This document shows, piece by piece, positions 19,173-29,042 of a DNA stretch of 64,000 nt (the stretch's first letter is position 1; every line of letters begins with the position of its first letter). Location: assembly GCA_021793645.1 (NCBI GenBank), contig JAJYSJ010000002.1:2003-66002 (forward strand), given 5' to 3'. The notes below the pieces were generated by a model. The model searched no databases, was not told where the DNA came from, and worked only from the letters and a program-made list of their open reading frames with translations. This DNA comes from Bacillota bacterium. Its GTDB lineage: Bacteria > Bacillota > Sulfobacillia > JAJZYS01 > JAJYTV01. The translations under genes were made by a program, and so were the position numbers.

Positions 19173-20741
19173 ATGTCCCTGCATCCCTTTCAGAACGAGC
19201 CACTGCTGAACTTCCGCTCTCCCGAGGAACAAGCCCGCATGCAGGTCGAAGTGGACAGGGTGAAAGCGCAGCTCGGGCAGTCCTACCCCCTGCGCATCGG
19301 GGCCCAGCGTCTTTCGGCTCAGAAGGTCTTCCTCTCGCGCGACCCGGCCCAGCCCACGACGGTCGTGGGCGAATTGCAGATGGGCAGTTCCGTCCACGTC
19401 GCCATGGCCGTCGCGGAGGCGCAAAAAGCGTTCGACGCCTGGTCGAACGTCGAGCCTTGGGAGCGCGCGGCGATGCTCTTGCGGGCCGGCGACATCCTGC
19501 GCCAGCGGCGGCGCGAACTGTTGGCCTGGCTGGCATTCGAGGTTGGCAAGAACTTCGACCAGGCTGATGGCGAAATCGCCGAGGCCATTGACCACTTCGA
19601 GTGGAACGCAAGGCAGCTGCTTTCCTGGAACCAGGGCAAGGAGATCCAGCCGATCGCGACGGAGATCAACGAGTACCGGTACCTTCCGCTTGGCGTCGGC
19701 GCGGTCATCTCACCCTGGAACTTCCCCTCCACCCTGCCGCTCGGCATGGCTGTTGCCGCCATCGCCGCGGGCAATACGGTCGTGTTGAAGCCGGCCGAGG
19801 AGTCCTCGGTGATCGCGCACCAGCTCTTCCGCGTCTTCGAGGATGCCGGCCTTCCGCCGGGCGTGTTGAATCTCGTTCCCGGGTTCGGAGCGGAAGTGGG
19901 CGACGCGCTCGTCCGCCACCCGGACGTCAAGTTCGTCGCCTTCGTCGGTTCCCGCAACGTCGGCACGCAGATCCATCACCGCGCGTCGGGCCTTGTGCCG
20001 GGCCAACGGCACCTCAAGCGCGTAATGACCGAGATGGGCGGCAAGAACGCAACGATCGTGACCGCGCGGGCGGACATGGACTGGGCGGCGCGCGAGGTCG
20101 TCGCGTCCGTGATCGGCTACCAGGGCCAGAAGTGCTCGGCGACGTCGCGCCTGATCCTGCTGGACGAGATCCACGACGAGTTCCTCGGGGCTGTCCTCGC
20201 GGAGATCGACCGGGTGTCGAAGGACATGGGCCACGCGAGCGAAAACCACGCCTTCGGCCCGGTGATCAACCAGGTCGCTGTGGATAAGATTGCGGGCTAC
20301 GTCGCGCAGGCACAGAGCCAAGGCAACGTGCTGCGCAAGGGCGCCCAGACCGGCGAGGGCTACTGCTTCACACCGACTGTCGTCGACGAGGTTGCCGTCC
20401 AAAGCCCGATCGCGCAGGAAGAGATCTTTGGTCCCTTTCTTGCCGTGCTGCGTGCAAAGAGCCTTGCGGAAGCGGTGCAGCTTGCGAACTCCGTCGAGTA
20501 CGCGCTGACGGGCAGCGCCTTCACGCGGGACCCGCAGGAACTGGAGTACGTGCGCCGCAACTTCTACGTCGGCAATCTCTACCTGAATCGCAGCTCCACC
20601 GGAGCGATGGCCGGAGTGCATCCCTTCGGAGGCTTCAAACTCTCCGGCACGGGCCCGAAGGTGGGTTCCCCGGACTACCTGGGCTTCTTCCTCCAGGCCC
20701 AGGCGGTCACACAGAAGGTCCGCTATCCCTGGGGGGAATGA
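19173..20741 (+). CDS. 1-pyrroline-5-carboxylate dehydrogenase-like aldehyde dehydrogenase (RocA/PruA family)
   Basis: PFQNEP N-terminus, ISPWNFP, EMGGKN (catalytic Glu), GQKCSA (catalytic Cys), EEIFGP, GNLYLNR..TGA..G.HPFGG. Confidence 0.88.
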   Translation: MSLHPFQNEPLLNFRSPEEQARMQVEVDRVKAQLGQSYPLRIGAQRLSAQKVFLSRDPAQPTTVVGELQMGSSVHVAMAVAEAQKAFDAWSNVEPWERAAMLLRAGDILRQRRRELLAWLAFEVGKNFDQADGEIAEAIDHFEWNARQLLSWNQGKEIQPIATEINEYRYLPLGVGAVISPWNFPSTLPLGMAVAAIAAGNTVVLKPAEESSVIAHQLFRVFEDAGLPPGVLNLVPGFGAEVGDALVRHPDVKFVAFVGSRNVGTQIHHRASGLVPGQRHLKRVMTEMGGKNATIVTARADMDWAAREVVASVIGYQGQKCSATSRLILLDEIHDEFLGAVLAEIDRVSKDMGHASENHAFGPVINQVAVDKIAGYVAQAQSQGNVLRKGAQTGEGYCFTPTVVDEVAVQSPIAQEEIFGPFLAVLRAKSLAEAVQLANSVEYALTGSAFTRDPQELEYVRRNFYVGNLYLNRSSTGAMAGVHPFGGFKLSGTGPKVGSPDYLGFFLQAQAVTQKVRYPWGE

Positions 20742-20742
20742 C

Positions 20743-21618
20743 GTGGCGGAACTGCTGACGGTCCATGACGCCGTCGCCCGCTACGTCGCGGATGATCAGG
20801 TCGTCTACCTTGCAGGTTTTACGCATCTGATCCCGTTCGCCTTCGGACACGAGATCATCCGCCAGCGCCGCCGGCATCTGACACTCTGCCGCGCAACGCC
20901 CGACCTCGTCTACGATCAGATGATCGCCGCGGGCGTCGCGGATCGCCTGGTCTTCAGCTACGCCGGCAATCCCGGCCTAGGGCTCTTGCAGGTGTTCCGC
21001 CAGGCCGTGCAGCGCGGCGAACTGGAGATCGAGGAGTACACGCACTTCGAACTCGTGGCTCGCCTGTCCGCCGGTGCTGCCGGGCTGCCCTTCTGGCCGC
21101 TTCGCTCGCTCGAGAACGATCTCACGGCGCGCAGGCCGCGCCCCCGCGTGCGCAGCCCGTTCGGCGATGAGGAGGTCGCTGTGGTGCCCGCCTTGCGTCC
21201 CGACGTGACGCTGGTGCACGCGCACTGCGCCGACGAGGATGGGAACGTCTATGCCTGGGGGCTGCTCGGGGAGGTGAAGGAGGCGGCGCTCGCGGCGCAC
21301 CGCATCCTCGTCTCCGTCGAGGAAATCCGTCCCGCCGCATCTCTGCGCCGCGAGCGCGATCACCTGCTCATCCCTGGCTTTCGCGTACAGAGCATTTCCG
21401 TCGCGCCCTTTGGAGCGCACCCCTCCTACGTACAGGGCGTCTACGACCGCGACACGGCCTTCTACACGGAATGGGACCGCATTTCCCGTGATCCCGAAGC
21501 GACGCGCAAGTGGCTTGCGCGGTTCGTCGATGCAGTGCCGGACCGCGAGGCCTATCTGCGACTGCTGCCCCCAGACCGACTCGCGGCCCTGAAGGAGGCG
21601 GCACAGGTTGACAACTAG
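20743..21618 (+). CDS. CoA-transferase subunit A (GctA/CatI-type)
   Basis: GFTHLIPFAFGHEIIRQ, TPDLVYDQMI, GNPG, GAHPSYVQGVYDRD. Confidence 0.88.
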   Translation: MAELLTVHDAVARYVADDQVVYLAGFTHLIPFAFGHEIIRQRRRHLTLCRATPDLVYDQMIAAGVADRLVFSYAGNPGLGLLQVFRQAVQRGELEIEEYTHFELVARLSAGAAGLPFWPLRSLENDLTARRPRPRVRSPFGDEEVAVVPALRPDVTLVHAHCADEDGNVYAWGLLGEVKEAALAAHRILVSVEEIRPAASLRRERDHLLIPGFRVQSISVAPFGAHPSYVQGVYDRDTAFYTEWDRISRDPEATRKWLARFVDAVPDREAYLRLLPPDRLAALKEAAQVDN

Positions 21619-22342
21619 CCGGCGCGGCGAGATGGCGATCGTCGGCGCGCGACTGCTGCGCGACGGAGAACGGGTTCTGGTGGGGGTCGGGCTCCCGAAC
21701 CTGGCCGCAAACGTCGCAAAGCGCCTGCATGCCCCGCACCTTGTGCTGGTCTACGAATCCGGTGTGATCGATGCACATCCGCCAAGGCTCCCCCTCTCGA
21801 TCGGGGATCCGGACCTCGTGCGCACGTCCCTGTGCGTCTTGCCGATCGGCGACCTCTTCAGCCAGTACCTGCAAACCGGCTGGATCGACGTCGGCTTCCT
21901 GGGCGGAGCCCAGATCGACCGCCGCGGCAACCTCAACTCCACGGTGATCGGTCCCTACGACCATCCCAAGGTGCGCCTCTCCGGATCCGGCGGCGCCGCG
22001 GACATCGCCTCGTTCGCGCGGCGGACGATCATGCTCATTCCGCAAGATCTGCAGCGGTTTCCGGCAGCGGTGGACTTCATCACCTCCCCTGGCCATCCGA
22101 AGCGCGGCAGGCGCACCCAGGGTCCTGCCTCCGTCGTGACGGACCTTGGACTCTTCGACTTCGACGAAGAGGGAGAGATGCGCCTCACCAGCGTCTACCC
22201 CGGCGTCAGCATCAAGGATGTGCAGCAGAGAACGGGATGGCCTCTGCGCATCGCACAGGAGATTTCGGAGATCCCGCCGCCGACCCCGGCGGAACTTGAC
22301 GTTCTCCGGGAACTCGGCGGCGGGCAGGAGGCTGCGTACTGA
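21608..22342 (+). CDS. CoA-transferase subunit B (GctB/CatJ-type)
   Basis: VGVGLP, VYESG (catalytic Glu), GFLGGAQID..GNLNST.IG.Y..PKVRL.GSGGA. Confidence 0.88.
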   Translation: MTTSRRGEMAIVGARLLRDGERVLVGVGLPNLAANVAKRLHAPHLVLVYESGVIDAHPPRLPLSIGDPDLVRTSLCVLPIGDLFSQYLQTGWIDVGFLGGAQIDRRGNLNSTVIGPYDHPKVRLSGSGGAADIASFARRTIMLIPQDLQRFPAAVDFITSPGHPKRGRRTQGPASVVTDLGLFDFDEEGEMRLTSVYPGVSIKDVQQRTGWPLRIAQEISEIPPPTPAELDVLRELGGGQEAAY

Positions 22343-23652
22343 TGACCGATGTGTTTTACCGTTCCCCCGCCTCGGAGTACCCCCAGATCTCGCATGGCGA
22401 AGGCATCTACCTATGGGACACGACGGGCAAGCGCTACCTTGACGGTGCGTCCGGCGCGCTCGTCGCGAACCTCGGTCACGGCCGCCAGGAGATCGCGCAG
22501 GCGATGGCCGCACAGGCCGGCCGGGTCGCCTTCGCGCATACGATGCGCTTCACGTCGGCGGCGCAGGAGGAACTCGCAGCGCGCATCGCGCGACTGCTCC
22601 CCTATGGCCTGCGCCACACCTACCCCGTCTCCGGCGGGTCAGAGGCGACCGAAACGGCAATCAAACTGGCGCGCCAGTACTTCCTGGAGATCGGCCAACC
22701 GCAGCGCTTCCGCGTGCTCGCCCGCTGGGCCTCCTACCACGGAAATTCTCTCGGAGCTCTGTCCGCCTCCGGCCACCTGGCGCGGCGTCGTCCCTATGCC
22801 CCCCTCCTGAGCGATGCCTTTGCGCACTTTCCACCCCCGGACTCCGCCTGCCCAGGACCGGGGGCCGACGGCGAATGCGATTGTACGCGCGCGCTGCGCG
22901 CGGCACTCGAGCAGAGCGATCCCGCGACCGTGGCGGCGATCCTGCTCGAGCCGGTCGGCGGATCGGCGCTCTCGGGCCTCGTGCCGCATGATGGCTACTT
23001 CGAGGCCGTCCGGCGCATCGCCGACGAGTACGGCATCCTTCTGATCGCCGACGAGGTGATGACCGGGTTCGGCCGCACCGGCGAGATCCTCGGCATGTGC
23101 CACTTCGAGACCGCGCCAGATCTGATCACCGCAGCAAAAGGCCTCTCCGGCGGCTACGCACCGCTCGGCGCAGTCATCGCGGGTGACAGGGTCTACGGGG
23201 CGATCCGCGGCGGCAGCGGCCGCTTCGCCCACGGCTTCACCTACGGCGGGCATCCCGTCGCCTGCGCCGCCGGCGCCAAGGCGCTCGAAATTCTGGAGCG
23301 CGAGCAGCTGGTCGACAACGCGCGGCGGATGGGCGCTCTCCTGCGCGCCGGCCTCGAGGACCTCGCCCAGCGCTTCCCGGCCGTCCAGGAGGTGCGAGGA
23401 CTGGGCCTGATGCAAGGCCTCGTGCTCCAGACGGCGCCCAATCCCGGTGCCTATGCAACCCGGCTGTCCGATATCGCCTTCGCGGACGGCCTGATCGTCT
23501 ACGCGGGCTCCGGCGGGCCCGAAGGCGTGCTCGGCGACCACGTGCTCATCGCACCCCCGCTGGTCGTCGATGCCGCAGGCGTACAAGAACTCCTGGACCT
23601 CTTGGCCGCGGCCTTTGCAACGCTTGCCTCTTTGGTCCGTAGTGATGCCTGA
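22342..23652 (+). CDS. Class III aminotransferase (omega/beta-amino acid type)
   Basis: [46 protein letters not shown]. Confidence 0.88.
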   Translation: MTDVFYRSPASEYPQISHGEGIYLWDTTGKRYLDGASGALVANLGHGRQEIAQAMAAQAGRVAFAHTMRFTSAAQEELAARIARLLPYGLRHTYPVSGGSEATETAIKLARQYFLEIGQPQRFRVLARWASYHGNSLGALSASGHLARRRPYAPLLSDAFAHFPPPDSACPGPGADGECDCTRALRAALEQSDPATVAAILLEPVGGSALSGLVPHDGYFEAVRRIADEYGILLIADEVMTGFGRTGEILGMCHFETAPDLITAAKGLSGGYAPLGAVIAGDRVYGAIRGGSGRFAHGFTYGGHPVACAAGAKALEILEREQLVDNARRMGALLRAGLEDLAQRFPAVQEVRGLGLMQGLVLQTAPNPGAYATRLSDIAFADGLIVYAGSGGPEGVLGDHVLIAPPLVVDAAGVQELLDLLAAAFATLASLVRSDA

Positions 23653-24847
23653 CGCCTACCTCGTCGACGGCGTGCGCACACCGGTCGGGCGCTATGGCGG
23701 GCGCCTCGCCGCAGTCCGCCCTGACGACCTCCTCGCCCACGTGATCGTGTCGCTGCTTGTGCGCCATCCCGAAGTGCCGTTCGACGCAATCGACGACGTG
23801 CTCGCCGGCGCCGCGAACCAAGCCGGAGAGGATAACCGCAACGTCGCACGCATGGCGCTGCTGCTGGCGGGTCTGCCGGACAGCGTTCCGGGCATGACGG
23901 TGAACCGGCTGTGCGCCAGCGGACTTTCTGCGGTGATCACGGCCGCCCGTGCCATCCGCGCCGGCGAGGGCGATCTTTTTCTCGCAGGCGGCGTCGAGTC
24001 GATGTCGCGCGCGCCCCTCGTCCTGGGCAAGCCTTCGGCCGCCTACCCCCGCGGGGACCGCATGATGCATGATACGACACTCGGTTGGCGCTTCGAGAAC
24101 CCAGCCCTCGCCGCTCGCTTCCCACTCGAGTCGATGGCGGAAACGGCAGAGAACGTGGCGGACCGCCATGGCGTCACCCGCGAGCACCAGGACGCGTTCG
24201 CGCTGCAGAGCCAGAAGCGCTGGCAGGCGGCGCAGGACCGCGGCCGCTTCGCGCAGGAGATCGCTCCAGTGTCGGTACCCGGCCGGGAGGGCACAAAGGT
24301 GCTCGTCGACGTCGATGAGCATCCCCGCCCGGACACGTCCTTTGAAGCCCTCGCGGCGCTGCGGCCGATCGTGCGCAAGGATGGCACGGTGACAGCGGGC
24401 AACGCGTCTGGCGTCAACGACGGCGCTGCGATGCTGCTTCTCGCTTCGGAGGACGCCCTGCGGCGCTATGACCTGAAGCCGCTCGCGCGCTTCGCCGCGG
24501 CCGCCGAGATGGGCATCGACCCGCGCTACATGGGCATCGGGCCCGTTCCGGCGATGCGCAAGGCGCTGCAGCGCGCGAACCTGTCGATCCAGGAGATCGG
24601 GGTCGTCGAGTTGAACGAGGCCTTCGCCGCACAAAGCCTTGCCTGCATCCGCGAGCTGGACCTTGATCCCGCCATCGTGAACCCGAATGGCGGCGCCATC
24701 GCCATCGGGCACCCGCTCGGCATGTCCGGCGCGCGCCTTGTGACGACGCTGCTCCACGAACTACAGGCCAGCAGCGCCCGATACGCGGCGGCCACGCTGT
24801 GCGTGGGCGTAGGGCAGGGCGTCGCGGCCATCCTGGAGCGAGCGTAG
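23645..24847 (+). CDS. Thiolase, 3-oxoadipyl-CoA thiolase (PcaF/PaaJ)-like
   Basis: [52 protein letters not shown]. Confidence 0.9.
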   Translation: MPDAYLVDGVRTPVGRYGGRLAAVRPDDLLAHVIVSLLVRHPEVPFDAIDDVLAGAANQAGEDNRNVARMALLLAGLPDSVPGMTVNRLCASGLSAVITAARAIRAGEGDLFLAGGVESMSRAPLVLGKPSAAYPRGDRMMHDTTLGWRFENPALAARFPLESMAETAENVADRHGVTREHQDAFALQSQKRWQAAQDRGRFAQEIAPVSVPGREGTKVLVDVDEHPRPDTSFEALAALRPIVRKDGTVTAGNASGVNDGAAMLLLASEDALRRYDLKPLARFAAAAEMGIDPRYMGIGPVPAMRKALQRANLSIQEIGVVELNEAFAAQSLACIRELDLDPAIVNPNGGAIAIGHPLGMSGARLVTTLLHELQASSARYAAATLCVGVGQGVAAILERA

Positions 24848-24871
24848 GCCCAGGCCGCCAAGCATGGGAGC

Positions 24872-25200
24872 GGGGGCTGTCCCTAAAGGAGCGGGAGTTG
24901 CTGTTCGGGACAGCTCCCTCTGTTTGATGGGCTGTTAGGCGGCTGCGAGCAGACCAGATGAGAGGGCCGCCTCAGGCCGGGACGGGAAGTCGAGCACGCG
25001 ACTCAACAGGCCCATCTCCATGCGGGTCTCTTGGAGCACCCCGCAAAATCGGCTCGGTCTGTGGGCCCTCCCGGCCGTTGGGGCAACATCCTCAAGGCCC
25101 AGACCGATGGTTTCCAACAGCTGAGTATCTGCTCGCCGTCGCCAGTCCTCGGTTGCGGTCGCCGTAGGTCTCGAGATGCCGGATCGGACAGGATGGGGTC
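24872..25200 (-). mobile_element. Possible degenerate IS1182-family remnant (right end and transposase C-terminus)
   Basis: GGGGGCTGTCCC...GGGACAGCTCCC hairpin next to a minus-strand frame containing ...RFCGVLQETRMEMGLLS..., reminiscent of IS1182 transposase C-termini. Confidence 0.35.
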
Positions 25201-25206
25201 TACAGC

Positions 25207-25243
25207 AAAAAGGAAGGAGCCCGCCTCGAGGGCAGCTCCTCCC
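25207..25243 (-). terminator. Rho-independent terminator of the DUF981 gene
   Basis: GGAGGAGC...GCTCCTTCC stem followed by TTTTT on the minus strand. Confidence 0.75.
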
Positions 25244-25254
25244 TTCGGGATGTC

Positions 25255-25842
25255 CTACTTCGCCGGCCGCTGAAGGATGCTGGTCGGCACCCACTTGGAG
25301 AACTCGGCGAGGTGTCCCCAGTACCCCATATAGCCCGTGAAAAGGAAGACGACCGCCGCGATGCCAAGCAGTATCGCCGCTCCGATCGCGAAGGACCGTT
25401 GCTGGCGCCAGTTGATGGCCGGCAGCGTAAGCATGCCGCCAAGGCCAGCGGCGACGTAGCCTACTGCGGTCATGGCAGGCTGACTCGTCATGCCGAGGTT
25501 CGCGATCCGGATCCCGACGACAACTGCCAGAAGGCCGCCGAAGAAGCCGTATAGAGCCGGGATCAGCGGGTCCCAGCGCAGCGCAAGCGTAATGCCCGCT
25601 CCAAGAAACGCGACGCTGAGGTAGAGCGCTGGTTCACCGAACGCGATATTGTAGGCGCCCGGCAGCGGCCAGCTCACGATCATCGGCACTGCGGTCACGA
25701 GGCCGAGGATACCGGCGGCGAAGAATCCGGCTGCCCAGGCCTGGCGCTCGCCGGGCTCGGGGTTTCGATACAAGTAGTGCGCAAGAATCACAAAGCCTGA
25801 AGCCAGTCCGACAAGCATGACGGCAAGATAGTCGGTAAACAC
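25255..25842 (-). CDS. DUF981-family membrane protein
   Basis: MFTDYL..ML N-terminus, WPLPGAYNIAFGEP, six TM helices, C-terminal GY..YWGHL..F. Confidence 0.75.
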   Translation of the reverse strand: MFTDYLAVMLVGLASGFVILAHYLYRNPEPGERQAWAAGFFAAGILGLVTAVPMIVSWPLPGAYNIAFGEPALYLSVAFLGAGITLALRWDPLIPALYGFFGGLLAVVVGIRIANLGMTSQPAMTAVGYVAAGLGGMLTLPAINWRQQRSFAIGAAILLGIAAVVFLFTGYMGYWGHLAEFSKWVPTSILQRPAK

Positions 25843-26203
25843 CTGATGCCCCCCTTCTGCTGTTGGACATCTGCACGGACATCTGGCCCGTATAGTCCAA
25901 CATGCATCGACTAATTTCGACAACTAAAGCCAACATACCTTGCCGCCAAGGGCATCACGCCCAGACCTGCGGTGCAAAAGGAAAAGGGGCGGTGGACTGC
26001 TGCTCGCCATGACAGTCTTCGTGGAGATCGGCAGAGTACTGAAGGATGCTGCCCGGTGTCGCCGCCAGTACGGGTGCGGTCCGCCGCAAAGGACTACTCT
26101 TTGGCGACCGTGTCCCCTGTGTTCGGGGGTGGCAGTCGCTGCCCTCCGGATGAAAGCACACACGGTCGGCTGCAGTGACGCAGCCGACCGCACGTTTCGA
26201 ATC

Positions 26204-27340
26204 CTAGTCGAGCGTGAACCCTGGGCGGATCTCGAAGTCGGTTGGCGGGAAGCGATCCGGCCGCAGGTGCGGTACTTCGGCTAGACCCAGCGCCACCCGC
26301 GCAGCCAACTCCCCGACTGCCGGACCGCGCATCACGCCGATGCCGTTGTCGCCGCACGCTGTAAACAGGCGCTCGGTGAGTGGCCCGAGCAGTGGACGGC
26401 GGTCCGGCGTCGCCCCGCCGAGGCCTGCCCAGCTGCTGCGCAGGCCTGCGCTGTCGCCGAGGCTCGAGAGGTCCAGCAGCCGCTCGGCGATGTTCATCCG
26501 GAACTCGTCGTCGCCGGTCTGCTGATAGTCGTCCGGGTCGTGCTCCCAGAGCCGCGTGCCGTCGCCCGCCAGGATGTTCTGCGGGCCCTCAGGCACCATG
26601 TAGACATCGGTTTGGAGGTGCCAGACGATCGGCAGTGCGTGGGGCTGGGCGAGCTGCAGCGAGGATAGCTGCACGCGGTACGGCCGCATGGCGATGTCGA
26701 ACCCGGCAGTGCGAACGAGTTTGCGCGACCACGTGCCGGCGCTGACCAGCACGCGGGCAGCCTCGAACCGCTCTCCGCCAGCCTCGATCACGACCTTCTG
26801 GTCCTCGGCGTGGATCGTTTCCGCCCTGCAGCCCGCACGCAGGGTGAGCCCACCCTCGCGGGCCCTGTCCACGACGGCCTGGGCAAAAGCGGTCGGGTTG
26901 ACGTGCCAGTCGTCCGGCGTCCACATGCCCACGGTGCCTTCCCGCAGCCGGTCCAGGTTCGGGTAGCGCCGCTCGATCTCGTCTTTCCCGATCATCTCGA
27001 ACCGCACGCCGCGGGCCGAGAGGTCCGCTTCTCGGCGGTGCAGCTGGTCTGCATATTCGCGTTCGGCCAGCGTCAGCTGGCCGAACTCCCTGGCGACCGA
27101 CGCATCGCCGGAGAGTTCGCGCGCCTCGCGATAGAGAACGCGGCTACGCGTCACGAACTCCTGGTCCTCGGGGTGCCACAAGAGGTCCGTGAGGATGCCC
27201 CCGGACTTTGCGGAGCTCTCCTGCGCCAAGCCGATGCCCTTCTCGAGCAGCAGCACGGACTTGCCACCGGCGCGCACCGCCTCCTGGGCGGCTGCAGAAC
27301 CCCATACGCCGCCGCCGATGATCGCGAGATCGTAGATCAC
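26204..27340 (-). CDS. FAD-dependent oxidoreductase (DAO/sarcosine oxidase/proline dehydrogenase beta-like)
   Basis: YDLAIIGGGVWG, SSAKSGG, WAG...TPD.RP.LG, G.NG.G....PAVG. Confidence 0.85.
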   Translation of the reverse strand: MIYDLAIIGGGVWGSAAAQEAVRAGGKSVLLLEKGIGLAQESSAKSGGILTDLLWHPEDQEFVTRSRVLYREARELSGDASVAREFGQLTLAEREYADQLHRREADLSARGVRFEMIGKDEIERRYPNLDRLREGTVGMWTPDDWHVNPTAFAQAVVDRAREGGLTLRAGCRAETIHAEDQKVVIEAGGERFEAARVLVSAGTWSRKLVRTAGFDIAMRPYRVQLSSLQLAQPHALPIVWHLQTDVYMVPEGPQNILAGDGTRLWEHDPDDYQQTGDDEFRMNIAERLLDLSSLGDSAGLRSSWAGLGGATPDRRPLLGPLTERLFTACGDNGIGVMRGPAVGELAARVALGLAEVPHLRPDRFPPTDFEIRPGFTLD

Positions 27341-27378
27341 AAGGTCGCCTCCAATTTGCTACTGCGCGGATCTGGTCG

Positions 27379-28974
27379 TCAGTCGGTGGCCTGTGGCGCC
27401 GCGTCCATCGCTGCGAGGTGTTCGCGCACTTCGGGCGTCTCCCGGCCGGAGGCGATCCCCCAGTAGAAGAAGCCGACGGATGCGACGATCACGAGCAGCA
27501 GGTCGTACGGGTACTTGATCGCGTTGCTGCCGCCGAAGCTGGTCGAGCCGAGGTAGCTGATCAAGATCATGAAGGCCGTCAGCACGACCAGCCAGACCCC
27601 GGAGCGCAGGTCCTCCACCGGCAGCTTGTTGCGCACGAAGTAGTACGCATAGATGATCAGACCCACGAAGAGTCCCAATCCAATGTAGAGGTCGTTGGGC
27701 CAGCCAGTCCAGTAGATGATCAACATGCCGGCGATGAAACCGAGCAGCGACCAGACGTGCAGTCCTTTCAGCTTCACCGTGCGGTGCAGCCTGCTGCCGG
27801 TACGGCGCAGCACCATGGCCGAGACGGGGCCGAGGATGTAGGAGATGATCGCGAGGGTGCTCGCGATGCCCACAAGGAGGCTCCACGCCGGGAACGGCAG
27901 GAGCGACAGCAGGCCGACGACCAGGCTGACGGTCAGTGCGACGTGCGGCACGCCGAACTTGGGGTGGATGCGCAGAAGGGCCTGCGGTCCATATCCGTTC
28001 TTCGGCATGGCGTACAGCACACGCGCGCTCGAAGCCTCGTAGACGAGGCCTGTTCCGGACGGGGACACGATGGCGTCGACGTAGAGCAGTACGGCCAGCC
28101 AGCCGAGGTTGAGCGCGACGGCGAGGCTTGCGAACGGCGAGGAGAAGTTGATCTTGGCCCAGCCGTGGACGAGGTCAGCCGGCGAGACGGCGCCGACAAA
28201 CGCAACCTGCAGCAGCGAGTAGAGAACGATGGCGATCACGAGCGACAGGACGACCGCCCGCGGCACGTCCCGCTGCGGATTGCGGCTCTCCCCCGCCAGG
28301 TCGATCGCCTGACGGAAGCCCTGGTAGGCGAAGGCCACCCCGCCGATGGCGATCGCGGTCATCACGCCCTGTGCGCCGTAGGGGGCAAAGCCTCCGTGCT
28401 GTGGGGCAGTGAAGTTCTGGCTATGGAATCCGGAGGCAATCAACAGGATCAGCGTCAACGCAGGGACGATGAACTTGAAGACCGTCGCAATCGCGTTGGC
28501 CCGCGCAAACACGCGCACCCCAAGGTAGTTGAGGTAGAAGAAGATGATGACAAGCACCATCGCCAGGATGATGCCGATCGGGGTGAGGGTGCCACTGGCT
28601 GAGTAGAGGCCATGGAGGTAGGTGTTGGCGTACTGAACGGACGCCTCTGCCTCGATCGGCGGAACGACGACGTAGGAGAGCCAGATGGCCCAGCCGGTGA
28701 AGAAGCTGACGAGACTGCCGTGCGAATATTGTGGGTAGCGCACCAGCGCCCCGGACTCTGGAATCGTGGAACTGAGCTCCACAAACGGCATCGCCATGAA
28801 GAGGGTCAGGATGCCGCCGATCACCCAAGCGAGAAGGGCCGCCGGGCCGGCATACTGCGCGGAGATCATCGATCCGAGGAGCCAGGAGGATCCAACGATC
28901 CCGCCGACGTTCGCAAGAAGCAGCTGCAGCATCGTCATCTCTTTGCGAAGCCCGGTCACTGTCGGTCGCGCCAC
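27379..28974 (-). CDS. APC-family amino acid permease
   Basis: GGIVGSSWL, GPAA..AW.IGG, SGALVRYPQYSHG, FAYQGFRQ, SPSGTG; about 14 TM helices. Confidence 0.9.
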   Translation of the reverse strand: MARPTVTGLRKEMTMLQLLLANVGGIVGSSWLLGSMISAQYAGPAALLAWVIGGILTLFMAMPFVELSSTIPESGALVRYPQYSHGSLVSFFTGWAIWLSYVVVPPIEAEASVQYANTYLHGLYSASGTLTPIGIILAMVLVIIFFYLNYLGVRVFARANAIATVFKFIVPALTLILLIASGFHSQNFTAPQHGGFAPYGAQGVMTAIAIGGVAFAYQGFRQAIDLAGESRNPQRDVPRAVVLSLVIAIVLYSLLQVAFVGAVSPADLVHGWAKINFSSPFASLAVALNLGWLAVLLYVDAIVSPSGTGLVYEASSARVLYAMPKNGYGPQALLRIHPKFGVPHVALTVSLVVGLLSLLPFPAWSLLVGIASTLAIISYILGPVSAMVLRRTGSRLHRTVKLKGLHVWSLLGFIAGMLIIYWTGWPNDLYIGLGLFVGLIIYAYYFVRNKLPVEDLRSGVWLVVLTAFMILISYLGSTSFGGSNAIKYPYDLLLVIVASVGFFYWGIASGRETPEVREHLAAMDAAPQATD

Positions 28975-29042
28975 TCGTTTCCATCCCCTTTTGTCCAGCA
29001 CCTGCGAAGCTCCACAGGCGCCCGAGACGTGATCCTACGTAC

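Noticed and set aside
25924-26203. Short ORFs between the DUF981 gene and the FAD oxidoreductase
   Set aside because: No recognisable motif or consistent coding signal in any frame.
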